Origin: the human T2T-CHM13v2.0 reference genome, Homo sapiens
Reading direction: 5' to 3' (one strand)
Length of the DNA stretch: 64,000 nt
NCBI RefSeq assembly: GCF_009914755.1
Contig: NC_060928.1
Position 1 is the first letter of the stretch, and each line of letters starts with the position of its first letter. Shown here one piece after another: positions 1-18,619 of the stretch. The notes beneath the pieces were generated by a model. The model made no database searches. It was not told the origin of the DNA and was given only the letters and a program-made list of their open reading frames with translations. The position numbers and the translations under genes are program-made.

Positions 1-2480
<2,480 letters not shown>

Positions 2481-3123
2481 CTTCTTTACTAATTTTAATA
2501 TTAAATAATAGCTTTTCAAAATTATTTTATAGTACCTTTATAAGCTATGTCAGTGTTATTTTCCCTATTCTCAAATGAAAAAGGAATAAAAGCATACCCA
2601 GCAAATTTAAGCATAACCATAATAAACACCAAGAGGAGTTGTCTCTTGAAAATTCCAAGACCAGAGTCCTCTCTAAATCCCCAACACCGAGCCTGAGAAC
2701 CTGCTGCAGTACTCTTTTCCTGTCACACCTTATCAAATGCAATAGCCATCCAATAAAGTAACCCAGTTAAAAACTTAATTTAAATTTGTTTGATAGGTAA
2801 AAATTAAACTTAGCAGCACCACATTGAATGAACAAAAGCTGTAGAGTCATTGCAAGTGTCATGCTATTCATAGAGATAAGTGCTTCCCATCCATAATATT
2901 CTGCAGTCTTTGTGTATGCCTGGCCTTAGTAAAAGGAGGGATGCCCTTAGCACCCTAAATATTGCTTCTACCCCCATCTTCTTCCTGTGTTCCTTAAACC
3001 TCTATCACCAACTTAAAAATGTTCTCCAGGCATTGTAAATGAAGAAACAGCTTAGACCTAGTTATAAGCTTTTATCCAACTACATATCTGTCTGATTTAA
3101 TAACTTGGTGTTTATGTTTTTAG

Positions 3124-3378
3124 GAACATAGCTACAGTGTAATGGACAGTCCAAAGAAACTTAAGCATAAATTAGATCATGTGATCGGCGAGCTAGAGGA
3201 TACAAAGGAAAGTCTACGGAATGTTTTAGACCGAGAAAAACGTTTTCAGAAATCATTGAGGAAGACAATCAGGGAATTAAAGGATGAATGTCTGATCAGC
3301 CAAGAAACAGCAAATAGACTGGACACTTTCTGTTGGGACTGTTGTCAGGAGAGCATAGAACAGGACTATATTTCATGA
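3124..3378 (+). CDS. THAP6: THAP6 terminal coding exon (phase 0): HCF-1-binding motif EHSY plus coiled coil
   Basis: Acceptor ttttatgtttttAG at 3122-3123. Translation EHSYSVMDSPKKLKHKLDHVIGELEDTKESLRNVLDREKRFQKSLRKTIRELKDECLISQETANRLDTFCWDCCQESIEQDYIS* is recognised as the THAP6 C-terminus. D/E-H-x-Y followed by heptad leucines is typical of THAP proteins. Confidence 0.93.
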   Translation, partial: EHSYSVMDSPKKLKHKLDHVIGELEDTKESLRNVLDREKRFQKSLRKTIRELKDECLISQETANRLDTFCWDCCQESIEQDYIS

Positions 3379-6190
<2,812 letters not shown>

Positions 6191-6299
6191 TGTGTTATGT
6201 GGTTTTATACATTGAGTTATTCAATAAAATGGGCAGAGAAAAATGAAGAGTACGTACGTAGAGGTTTTGCTCTAATTTCTCCTCCACCAATAACTCTAA

Positions 6300-7110
6300 T
6301 ATGGGGTCTGCAAGGTTAGATGACCCACGTAGCAGGCCAGCTTTCAGCACAATATGGACCTATCATAGAGCCCTTTTCTGCATTGGCCCTCACTCAAAAC
6401 TGTCAGATATGATGTCACCCAGTATATAAAGGAGAGCAGCATTCCTAGGTGTGAAATATGCTGCCTTTAGAACCCAAAGAGGCCTGTCAGGCATTGTGCT
6501 TTCTTCTTCATAGTGGAACATACAGGTTGTAAATAACTTGTCTCTTACTTTAGAGGGGATGTCTTAGCATGCCGCAGATCACTGGATACTTCTCCCCCAA
6601 AATTTTACTGATGTTTATAGGCCCCTGAATTTCATAAGTTTTATCTCACCATCTGGAGCACATGTGCTTTATCAAGGCCTCCAATTAACTAGTCCTCCCA
6701 TTGGATTAACATAATCCATCAGTAGAGTGAACTAAGTGATTTTCCATAGAATGTCTGTCTGGTCTAGACTTCTTTCAATTATAACAGAAGCAAGATCATT
6801 AACATAACCTTGGGGACAAGACCATATATGTATACTGTGGTTTTTTCCATGTGAATGTGAGCTGTTTCTGATCCTTTAATAGGGATGGAAAACCATGCAC
6901 CCAATGGTTGTATGGCATCTACCCATAGACATGTTAATCTGCTCTAACAAAGATGCCACATCATGCATAGCAGCTGTAATCAGGGCTACTCGTTGGTTGA
7001 ATTGTCCTTAGTCCAACTGTCATCTTGCAGGGTCTGTCTAAATTTTGCAGGGGACAGAATGGTGAATTAAATGAAGAGAGATGGTGGAGGCCACCATTCA
7101 TGTCTATCTT
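6300..7110 (-). mobile_element. ERVL-class pol (reverse transcriptase) remnant
   Basis: Minus strand reads SSFNSPFCPLQNLDRPCKMTV, then after a frameshift QFNQRVALITAAMHDVASLLEQINM, resembling ERV-L RT (FNSPIWPVQK..WRMTVDY..LNQVV.PIAAAVPDVVSLLEQIN). Confidence 0.7.
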
Positions 7111-7189
7111 GTATGTCTGTAAAGGTAGCACCTCAGTGAGCCCCACAGAAAACTCTGAAACTGGGGTCATACACAAAAATGAGTTAACA

Positions 7190-7710
7190 TAGGCATGAAA
7201 CTGCTATCCTTGGAAAGGCCTGCAAGGTTGCAAGGTTAGTTCTTGAGTGGCATCTGGAAATTTGGATTCCACCATTCCCTAACTGATAAGAGTAGCTCAC
7301 TGTGCCAGACTGTTTGTACAGACAAGGTGGTTTATGCAGAACACCCAGTTTCCTTCTGGGAGTCTGGATTTGAGAATCTGTTAGGTAAAGGGGGGCTGTA
7401 TGACCAGCCCCAAATAAAACCTTGAACATTGAATCTTTAATGAGCTTCCCTGGTAGGCAACGTGTATTGTCACAGTTCAGCACTATAAGACTTAAATGTG
7501 TCCTGTGTGATTACACTGAGGAAGGACTCAGAAGCTACACCTGGTTTCCTCTAGACTTTGTACCATGTGCCTTTTCCCTTAGCTGATTGTGCTTCTTCTT
7601 TGTATCCTTTTGCTATAATCATAGCCTTGAGTACAACTATATGCCGAATTCTGTGAGTCCTTCTAGTGAATCATGAAACTTGTGTGTGTGCTCTTGGGGA
7701 CCTCAACACA
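7190..7710 (+). mobile_element. LTR, MER21-like (partial)
   Basis: tgaccagccccaaataaaacc...gagcttccctggtaggcaac...gtgagtccttctagtgaatcat...ggggacctcaacaca matches the MER21 3' half. Confidence 0.7.
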
Positions 7711-7750
7711 GATGACCTTCCAAACTTGTCCTGCATTAGGGCAAAGAAGC

Positions 7751-10700
7751 TATATTAATCCGTTTTCACACTGCTGATAAAGACATACCCGAGACTGAGC
7801 ACTTTATAAAAGAAAGAAGTTTAATGGACTTATAGTTCCACATGGCTGGGGAGGCCTCATAATCATGGCAGAAGGCAAGGAGGAGCAAGTCACATCTTAC
7901 ATGGATGACAGCAGGCAAAAAGAGCTTCTGCAGAGAAACTCCCCTTTTTTTTTTTTTTCTTTCAAATCATCGGATCTCATGAGACCCATTCACTATTACC
8001 AGAATGGCATAGGAAAGACCCGCCCTCATGATTCAGTCATCTCCCACTGGGTCTCTCCCACTGGGTCCCTCCCACAACACATGGGAATTATGGGAGCTAC
8101 AAGATGAGATTTGGGTGGGGACACAGAGCCAAACCGTGTCATTCCGCCCCAGCCCCTCCCAAATCTCATATCTTCACATTTCAAAACCAATCATGCCTTT
8201 CCAACAGTCCCCCAAAGTCTCAATTCATTTCAGCATTAACTCAAAAGTCCACAGCCCAAAGTCTCATCTGAGACAGGGCAATTCCCTTCCGCCTATGAGC
8301 CTATAAAATCAAAAGCAAGTTAGTTACTTCCTAGATACAATGAGGTACAGGCATTAGGTAAATACAGCCATTCAAATGGGAGAAATTGGCCAAAACAAAG
8401 AGGCTACAGGCCCCATGCAAGTCTGAAGTCCAGCAGGGCAGGCAAATCTTAAGCTTCAAAATTATCTCCTTTGACTCCATGTCTCACATTCAGGTAATGC
8501 TAATGCAAGGCATAGGTTTCTATAGTCTTGGGCAGCTCCTTCCCTGTGGCTTTGCAGGGTACAGCCTCCCTCCTGGCTGCCTTTATGGGCTGGCATTGAA
8601 TGTCTGTGACTTTTCCAGGCTCACAGTGCAAGCTGTTGGTGGATCTACCATTCTAGGGTCTGGAGGACGTTGGTCCTCTTCTCACAGCTCCACTAGGCAG
8701 TGCCCAGTAGGGACTCTGTGTGGGGGTTCCAACTCCACATTTCCCTTCTGCACTGCCCTAGCAGAGGTTCTCCATGAGGACCCTGGCCCTACAACAAACT
8801 TCTGCCTGGGCATCCAGGCATTTCCATACATCTGAAATTTAGGCGGAGATGCCCAAACCTCAGTTCTTGACTTCTGTGCACTCAAAGGCTCAACATCATA
8901 TGGAAGCTGCCAAGGCTTGAGACTTGCACCCTCTGAAGCCACGGCCCAAGGTGTATGTTGGCTCCTTTCAGCCATGGCTGGAGTGGCTGGGACACAGGGC
9001 ACCAAGTCCCTGGGCTGCACACAACACGGGGACCCTGGGCCTGGCCCACAAAACCATACTTTCCTCCTAGGCCTCCAGACCTGTGATGGAAGGGGCTGCC
9101 TTGAAGATCGCTGACATGCCCTGGAGACATTTTCCCCATTGTCTTGGGGATTAACATTCAGCTCCTCATTACTTACGCAAGTTTCTGCAGCCGGCTTGAA
9201 TTTCTCTTCAGAAAATGGGATTTTCTTTTTATTGCAAGTTGGGCTGCAAATTTTCTGAACTTTTATGCTCTCCTTTCCTTATAAAACTGAATGCCTTTAA
9301 CAGTACCCAAGTCACCTCTTGAATGCTTTGCCGCTTAGAAATTGCTTCCACCAGATACCCTAAATCATCTCTCTCAAGTACAAAGTTCCACAGATCTCTA
9401 GGGCAGGGGCAAAATGCTGCCAGTTTCTTTACTAAAACATATCAAGAGTCACCTTTGCTCCAGTTCCCAACAAGTTCCTCATCTCCATCTGAGACCACCT
9501 CAGCCTGGATTTCATTGTCCATATTGTTACCAGCATTTTAGTCAAAGCCATTCAACAAGTCTCTAGGGAGTTCCAAACTTTCCCACATTTTCGTATCTTC
9601 TTCTGAGCCCTCTAAACTGTTCCAACCTCTGCCTGTTACCCAGTTCCAAGCTTGCTTCCACATTTTCAGGTATCTTTCCATCAGCACCCCACTCTCGGTA
9701 CCAATTTGCTGTATTAGTCCATTTTCACAATGCTGATAAAGACATACCCGAGACTGGGCAATTTACAAAAGAAAGAAGTTAAATGGATTTACAGTTCCAC
9801 ATGGCTGGGGAGGCCTCACAATCATGGTGGAAGGCAAGGAGGAGCAAGTCACATCTTACATGGATGGCAGCAGGCAAAAAGAGCTTGTGCAGAGAAACTC
9901 CTGTTGTTGTTTTTTTCCTTTTTTTCAAATTTTTTTTTATTATACTTTAAGTTCTAGGGTACATGTGCACAACATGCAGGTTCCTTACATATGTATACAT
10001 GTGCCATGTTGGTGTGCTGCATCCATTAACTCGTCATTTACATTATGTATATATCCTAATGCTATCCCTCCCCCTCCCCCCACCGCACAACAGGCCCCAG
10101 TGTGTGATGTTCCCCTTCCTGTGTCCAGGTGTTCTCATTGTTCAATTCCCACCTATGAGTGAGAACATGCAGTGTTTGGTTTTTTGTCCTTGCAATAGTT
10201 TGCTGAGAATGATGGTTTCCAGCTTCATCCATGTCCCTACAAAGGACATGAACTCATCCTTTTTCATGGCTGCATAGTATTCTATGGTGTATATGTGCCA
10301 CATTTTCTTAATCCAGTCTATCATTGTTGGACATTTGGGTTGGTTCCAAGTCTTTGCTATTGTGAATAGTGCTGCAATAAACATACAATGGAACAGAACA
10401 GAGCCCTCAGAAATAATACCACACATCTACAACCATCTGACCTTTGACAAACCTGACAAAAACAAGAAATGGGGAAAGGTTTCCCTATTTAACAAATGGT
10501 GCTGGGAAAACTGGCTAGTCATATGTAGAAAGCTGAAACTGGATCCCTTCCTGACACCTTATACAAAAATTAATTCAAGATGGATTAAAGACTTAAATAT
10601 TAGACCTAAAACCATAAAAACCCTAGAAGAAAACCTAGGCAATACCATTCAGGACGTAGGCATGGGCAAGGACTTCATGTCTAAATCACCAAAAGCAATG

Positions 10701-11447
10701 GCAACAGAAGCCAAAATTGACAAATTGGATCTAATGAAACTAAAGAGCTTCTGCACAGCAAAAGAAACTACCATCAGAGTGAACAGGCAACCTACAGAAT
10801 GGGAGAAAATTTTTGCAATCTACTCATCTGACAAAGGGCTAATATCCAGAATCTACAAAGAACTCAAATAAATTTACAAGAAAAAAACAACCCCATCAAC
10901 AAGTGGGCAAAGGATATGAACAGACACTTCTCAAAAGAAGACATTTATGCAGCCAACAGACACATGAAAAAAATGCTCATCATCACTGGCCATCAGAGAA
11001 ATGCAAATCAAAACCACAATGATATACCATCTCACACCAGTTAGAAGGGCGATCATTAAAAAGTCAGGAAACGACAGGTGCTGGAGAGGTTGTGGAGAAA
11101 TAGGAACACTGTTGGTGGGACTGTCAACTAGTTCAACCATTGTGGAAGTCAGTGTGGTGATTCCTCAGGGATCTAGAACTAGAAATACCATTTGACCCAG
11201 CCATCCCATTACTGGGTATATACCCAAAGGATTATAAATCAGGCTGCTATAAAGACACATGCACACGTATGAGAAACTCCTGTTTTTTAAGAAACTATCA
11301 GATCTCATGAGACCCATTCACTATCATGAGAACAGCACAGGAAAGACCTGCCCCCATGGTTCATTCATCTCCAACTGGGTCCCTCCCACAACACATGGGG
11401 AACTACAAGATGAAATTTAGGTGGGGACACAGAGCCAAACCATATCA
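7751..11447 (-). mobile_element. Full-length THE1 (MaLR) provirus: 3' LTR 7751-8141, internal 8142-9709, 5' LTR 9710-11447 split by an L1
   Basis: Two LTRs (t(g/a)tatta(g/a)tcc...agccaaacc(a/g)t(a/g)tca) flank THE1-int sequence. 5-bp TSD GAAGC at 7746-7750 and 11448-11452. Confidence 0.93.
9906..11270 (-). mobile_element. 5'-truncated, 5'-inverted (twin-primed) L1PA insertion
   Basis: Antisense L1 3' end with T tail at 9906-10386, sense ORF2 segment at 10386-11270. TSD GAGAAACTCCTGTT at 9892-9905 and 11271-11284. Target reads TT/AAAA on the minus strand. Confidence 0.92.
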
Positions 11448-12231
11448 GAAGCTATGCCTTTATACACTTGTATCACCAGTTATTTGATGAGGGCTGCCCC
11501 ATGAAGAGGGCATGCCATCCAGCAAGGCAGTTCAACTGAAGCAATTTCTGAAGAAGGCTGAGGTCTGTCTTCAGGAGCACTCCCAGCAGCTGGAGGAATA
11601 AGTCCTTTGTTCCTGAAGGGAGTTCTGTACCTCAGAGTTCATCATCTTTTTGAACTCCCTAGCACTCACTTCTTTCTATTCTGCTCTAACCCAGAGTTAC
11701 TCTGTAATCTAATGCTCTCAGTAATGAAGAATTAGTGATATGTCAACCAACTTCAGAGTAAAACTGCTCTAGCAGGTCCCTCTAGTTATGAAAAGATGCA
11801 TTTCCCAAAGATCTGTTGTATGTTGGAGATTTACTATGGTATTAACCATAGTTAATATAATATGTTAACTTACTATGGTGCTTACTTAGTACTAAGTACT
11901 AAGGTACTTTTTGTACCTTTTGCATTAGATTCAGCATAAACTGGGTAAAGATGGAAAATCAGACATGAGCTGGTATAATACCAGGCAGTCTGCAAAACTA
12001 TCCAGACATCTAAAACAATGCCTTTCTGTACATTGCAATCTACCTGGGTACCTACATCATAACTGACAAATTTCTCTGTCCTAGCTCCACTTCTATTGAT
12101 TGTATACCCTTAACATCTCTCAGATACAGCCCCTTTCCCACTCAATCTCTAGGACCATTTCCTTGGTTTAAGCTGTTATTTGTTAACTTGATTACTGCAA
12201 GAAAGTCTTTGGTCTCCCTGTTTCCAGTCTA

Positions 12232-12995
<764 letters not shown>

Positions 12996-13373
12996 ACAGC
13001 TAGTTTAAATACAAAGAATCCAGTAGGTTAAAGGATAGAAAAAGATATCCCTGTGATAACACTAATCAAAAGAAAGTTGGGGTAATAATAGACAAAATCG
13101 ATTTCAGAGCAAAGTATATAAACAGGGAAAACGAGGGTTATTTCACAATGATGAAAGGGTCAATTAAGAGGATATACGGTCCTAATATTTATGCACCTAA
13201 TTAGAAAGCTTAAAATTCATATGCAAAAACTTGCAGAACTGCAAGAAGAAATAGATAAATTTATACAAGTGTTGTCAAAAAAAAATATGAGTATGGGCAG
13301 AGCTGAAAACAGTCCTGCAGGGAGAAGAACGTGGTCTCAGAAGTCTAGGGGGGGCACCAAAACTAACGGGGAC

Positions 13374-14190
13374 TGTGAAAGAATAATGCCCCCTGCAAAG
13401 ATGTCCAGGTCCTAATCCCTAGAACATGTGAATATCACTAATATGGTTTGGCTCAGTGTCCCCACCCAAATCTCATATTGAATTGTACTCCCATAATTCC
13501 CATGTGTTGTGGGAGGGGCCCGGTGGGAGATAATTGAATCATGAGAGCGGTTTCCCCCATACTGTTCTCATGGTAGTGAATAAGTCTCAAAAGATCTGAT
13601 GGTTTGATAAGGGGAAACCCATTTTGCTTGGCTCTCATTCTCTCTCTTTGCCTGCCACCATCCTCTTAAGATGCGACTTTCTTCTCCTTGCATTCTGCCA
13701 TGATTGTGAGGCCTCCCCCGCCACGTGGAACTGTGAGTCCAATTAAACTACTTTCTTTGGTAAATTGCCCAGTCTCAGGTATGTCTCTATCAGCAGTGTG
13801 AAAATGGACTAATAGGATCACGTTTCTTACATGGTGAAAGAGAGCTTGCAGATTTGATTAAATTAAGGATCTAAAATATGGAAAGATTATCCTGGATTCT
13901 CCACCTGAGTCCTTACAAGAGACAGGCAGGAGACTCAGCGTCCAAGGAGATGTGACTATGGAAGCAAAGGTTGTGGTAATGAATAGCCATGAGCTAAGGA
14001 ATGTGGACAGCCTCTAGAAGCTGGAAAAGGGAAGGAAATGAAGTCTCCCAGAGAGCATCCAGAGGGAATGCAGCCCTGCTGTCCCATTTTAGATTTTGGA
14101 CCTCCAGAACAACTGTAAGATAATTTGTGTTGTGTTTTACTCCACTAAGTTTGTGGTAATTTGTTACAATGGCAATAGGAAACTAATACT
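13374..14190 (+). mobile_element. MLT1 (MLT1D-like) LTR interrupted by a THE1 solo LTR
   Basis: aaagatgtccaggtcctaatccctagaacatgtgaatat...gcctctagaagctggaaaagg...tttgttacaatggcaataggaaactaatac. Confidence 0.85.
13439..13816 (+). mobile_element. THE1 solo LTR
   Basis: atatggtttggctcagtgtccccacccaaatctc...gaaaatggactaata. TSD ATCAC at 13434-13438 and 13817-13821. Confidence 0.92.
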
Positions 14191-17100
14191 AGGCTAAGAC
14201 AATATCAGAGAACCAAGCCAAGAAGTGGGAGCAACTGCAAAGTTAGTCAAATATAACAAGAGGCAAAGAGAGAATCTAAAGGAAAGACTGGTTCTAGCTT
14301 GTTATGATGAGCCAGGTAGGGCATGGCACATGAGTAGACAGCCCAGTTTGGGAGACAGCATTAAAAAATATCCTGAAACACTCAAAAAAGTGTCATATTC
14401 CTCTAGCAAGGGACTCTGGACATGCACATACAGTGCCCCAAAACAGGAAATTACGTACATGACCCAGATTGTAGGATTTGAGAGTCTCAAAAACAGATAA
14501 AGGTGAGCTGAACTAGGAAGCCCTGTGTTTCACAGCCTCAGTATTGTGAAAAAAAAAAAAAACAGGAACATAAGAATGTCATTGGAGTGGGCCAGGGAAG
14601 CCTGGCTTGTGCCTGAGAAGATAAATTCTACTTGTAGAGGGCCTGATTCTCTGGCCAAAAGAAAAAATATTCTATCCCTAGGAAGATGAGAGGTATAATT
14701 GGCTCTTCCACTGGACTAATGGGAAGAGGGAAGCCAGGTTTCTAAAACCTAAAGGCAAGCCTGGGTAGCGCCTGAGCCATTGATGCCTCTTGTTGACTAC
14801 CCTCTTCATAGGTCTCATTATTTTACTTTCACATTGCTGCCTCAAACTTCATTTAATATTTTAACAACTGTCACAGCTCCCTTTGGAGAACACGCTCAAG
14901 ATAAACAACTGTCCCCCTGCTGCCACATCCCTCACCTTCCTGCTAGCTGTGCTTCTGATCATAGAATTGTGCCTGATGCAGAGCAGGAGCTGACAGAGAT
15001 TGAAACGAATGAAGAAAATGTTAGATTAGGACCAGGAAACCCAAGAGCAGAAGACCTACAATTTGTAATCTAAGAACCACATGAGGGTCCATGATGAGCA
15101 CTAGTCACAGCAGTTGAGGAAGAAATGCTGAGAACCTAGCACATTCAACATTTCCACACGTATTTTTCAGGAGCCAGGAACTGTATGCCAGGGAATATGC
15201 TAGGCATTGGAGAAACAACATAGATTCACTTCCTGTCTTCAAGGAGATTACATGCTAGTATGAAGTTCCAAAAGCCATACTCCAAGGATACCAGGGAGCA
15301 CAGCCATATATCTCAAGACAATGGGTTCTTGAATTCAGCCTAATGCCTTTCTCCTCATTGTGCACTACTTTATTGGACAACACACATGGCTCAATAGATT
15401 TATACCACAGCATCTTACAGTTTAAGTGTTTGGGTCTATCATTTTATATCTGTCTTCTCAGGTACATGAAGAAGTTTACAGACTAACATGTTTAGTGTAA
15501 TAACCCATCACATATACTGCTTTCGAAGCCCCATACGATAGTGTGAGAGAACAACAGGAATAAGGTGAAGACATTCACAACCTACAGGGACATACAAGTA
15601 CATAACACAAATACAGATAAGTGGGCAATATAGCAGGGTCTGTGGCAATTAAAGGTACTGAAACTATGAAATTAATGGAGCTTCAAAATTACAAAATAGA
15701 ACATAAGTTTGTCAGTGTGGGCACTTTGAAAGTGCTGTCCCAGAACCTGGATTATGTAAGCACCTTCCTGGGATGTGAGAGTAGGAGACCAAACCAGCTG
15801 GGGAGAACCAAACAGACTTGGGTTCAAGTTCCCAGCCTCCCACTTCATTATATATGGGAAGTGGGTCAACTTGCTGAACTTCTCTGAGCACTTACAAAGT
15901 AGACAATAGCACCTTACCCATTGGTGGTGAGAATTTTATTTCATTGCGTATAAAACGTAGACCATACAATGAGCCATCCACATACTGTTTTTCTTTCTTC
16001 TTTAAATTCCATCCCATCCCAGAAACACAGGAAAAGGAAACAAGAACAGGAAGAAGAACAAAAACCAAGAAGAGAGAAATGCATTTCATAGGGAATGGCA
16101 AGTGGACAGGCAACAGTGGTCAGGTAGGCTATTTGTGCCTTAAATAATCTTCCCTCTCTTGTGGCAGCTCAGAAGCAGGCAAGGAACATTGTATCACTGA
16201 AAGGGAAAATTTCAATCACCATCCTCCTCTTCATCCTCTCACTCCAATACTGACAAGCCATTTAATCTATCTTAGATATGTTTCGTTCATTCACCCGTTC
16301 ATTCAACTTTATAAAACATCTTGACAGTGTTACTTAGAATGTTCCCAGATCAGTGTATACAAATCAAGGCACTTGGAGCAGAATGTAGATCGACTACATC
16401 ACAAAGCACACCATTTAGCTCAGTCAATTTTTTTTTCAGTCAGAATGTTTTCTGAGCAAGACTTCCTTAGTAAATGAAATCATATGTTGATTTACATTCT
16501 GGAACAAGAGCTTTTTCTCATTCTGAACCAGTCAGAAAGAGTTCATAGGCTAGCTACTTTGTGTAGCAGTGTCTCAGAGCATCAAGTCACTTACTAAACA
16601 GATAATCCTTGAACTCACCTGAGCTCCATGTTCTGTGGTCAGTTAACAGCAGAGGAGTTCCTGACAGATTTGTGTCCAATAATAAACTTCTCAAATCCTT
16701 GTGGTACAGCTTGTGCAGTTGAAAGGTAATATCGCATCTGAATTTGCAGATTTGGGCCTTGTGCTTTTTAAAACAGAAGAGTTTTATTAAATAAAGAGTG
16801 AAGTGTATGTGCTATGCAGGATGCTAACCACAGATACTAGTGATTAGTACCTTATGGAGACAAGCATTCAGCTACAGACTTGCCAGTAAAATGTACTCAA
16901 CATAAAATTTCAATAAAAATAAGGATACTGGTGCTTATTAAACAGGTAGATTTTATAACGGTATAAAATGTTGCCAGGCTACACAGCTGAAAGAAATTAC
17001 CTTTGAAATCCTGAGGATGTAAAAAAATTTTGGATTGTCACTCTTATTATAACACTTGTAGATGGGTCTTAAGAGTAGGGAATGTCTTGATTATTGAGAT

Positions 17101-17610
17101 GTACAATTCAAGTTTCTATGGCCATCACCATCATCTGGACATATTTTGTTGAAAATCACATGGGAAAATGGTGTAACCAGAAACAAGACATGGCTATCCA
17201 AAGGATCAAACTCACCAGGACACCATAAAGACTGGTAAATTTTAGGATGAAATGCAAATGTATTCTATATATTAAAACTAAAAACCATTTTAGTAAGTTA
17301 TTTTTAAATGTACCTGATAGCAAAGGGGCTCTGTATGTGCCACGTGAGGGCTACGTGAGGACTGTTCATGAAAGCATAAAGTAGAAGGCAACCCAAATAC
17401 CCATCAAGCAGTAAATGGATAAATAAAACCGTGGCGTGCCCATGGAATGAAACAATAAGCACCAATTCAAAAAGACATCAATCCATATTATCGCCATGGG
17501 AAAACAAGACCTTAACATGGATAAAAACAATATAAAGCACAACTCAAAATAGTATCTCACTTATATAAAATGTTTTGAAACCTACCTACAAAACAATTTA
17601 TAAGTGTGTA

Positions 17611-17800
17611 CGTGTGTGTGTGTGTGTGTAAGTATATAGAAAAAGAAAGAAAAGATATATGCAAACTTTTAAAGTGGTTACTTCTAGAGAGGGGGTTATA
17701 TACTTCCTGGGAACAGAGACAGAGAGTGCACATGAAAGAAAGAGAGATGAAGGGAGGGAGGAAAGGAGAATAAAAAAAGGAAAGAAGGGAGGAAAAGAAA
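17611..17800. repeat. (TG)n microsatellite and purine-rich low-complexity tract
   Basis: gtgtgtgtgtgtgtgtgt at ~17612-17629. GA/GGAA-rich run at 17718-17800. Confidence 0.85.
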
Positions 17801-17838
17801 ATTATAATAACAGCATTCTACAAATTTAAATCAAAACC

Positions 17839-18133
17839 AGCCGGGCACAGTGGCTCATGCCTGTAATCCAGCACTTTGGGAGGCCGAGGCAGGTGGATCA
17901 CTTGAGGTCAGGAGTTCAAGACCAGCCTGGCCAACATGGCAAGACCTCGTCTCTACTAAAAATACAAACATTAGCTGGGCATGGTAGCAGGCACCTGTAA
18001 TCACAGCTACTCAGGAGGCTGAGGCAGGAGAATCGCTTGAGCGCAGAGGGGCGGAGGTTTCAGTGAGCCAAGATTGCACCACTGTACTCCAGCCTGGGCA
18101 ACAGAGCAAGACTGTCTCCAAAAAAAAAAAAAA
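17839..18133 (+). mobile_element. Alu (AluS-like)
   Basis: Alu dimer with A tail. aaatcaaaacca flanks both sides (TSD). Confidence 0.95.
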
Positions 18134-18619
18134 AGAAAATCAAAACCATTTCATCTCTGAAAAATGAGGTATTACTTGTTATCATTACCTTCATCATCCC
18201 CCTGGGACATTGGCTAAAGTTGGATGTAAGTCTTGAATTACTAGTATTTCCCGTGACACCTACATATTTCAAAGAAATCTCCCAAACCCCTGCCAGCCCA
18301 ACTATTTGAGATTTAAGAAACCACTGTCTGGGTAGGTGTGTTTTAAAGATTTTAATTAGCTTGCCTGTGACTGGTCACCAGCAGAACCCTACAAATGACT
18401 GCCTCCATCCCTTGTTGAGAACCTCACAATACAGCTTTCCAACTGACCCAATACCTCAGAAAACTAAAGAACGTGACTTCAGAGTACTGATATCTGGGAA
18501 GTATTGCATGCTCTAATAGAGCTGATCGCAATTTTCATAAATCCTCGTATTTCTGCCTGTGTTTTGTTTCAGATATCCATGTTCAAGAGGAAATGTTTGT
18601 TCAAGGCAAAAAATTATTT

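Noticed and set aside
8386-9541. Overlapping ORFs of 65-149 aa
   Set aside because: All lie within THE1 internal sequence.
10284-10871. 195-aa ORF, the longest in the window
   Set aside because: Chimera of antisense L1 sequence and an L1 ORF2 fragment across the inversion junction; not a host gene.
16400-17300. Possible ancient CR1/L3 reverse transcriptase remnant
   Set aside because: Resemblance too weak to call without an HMM search.
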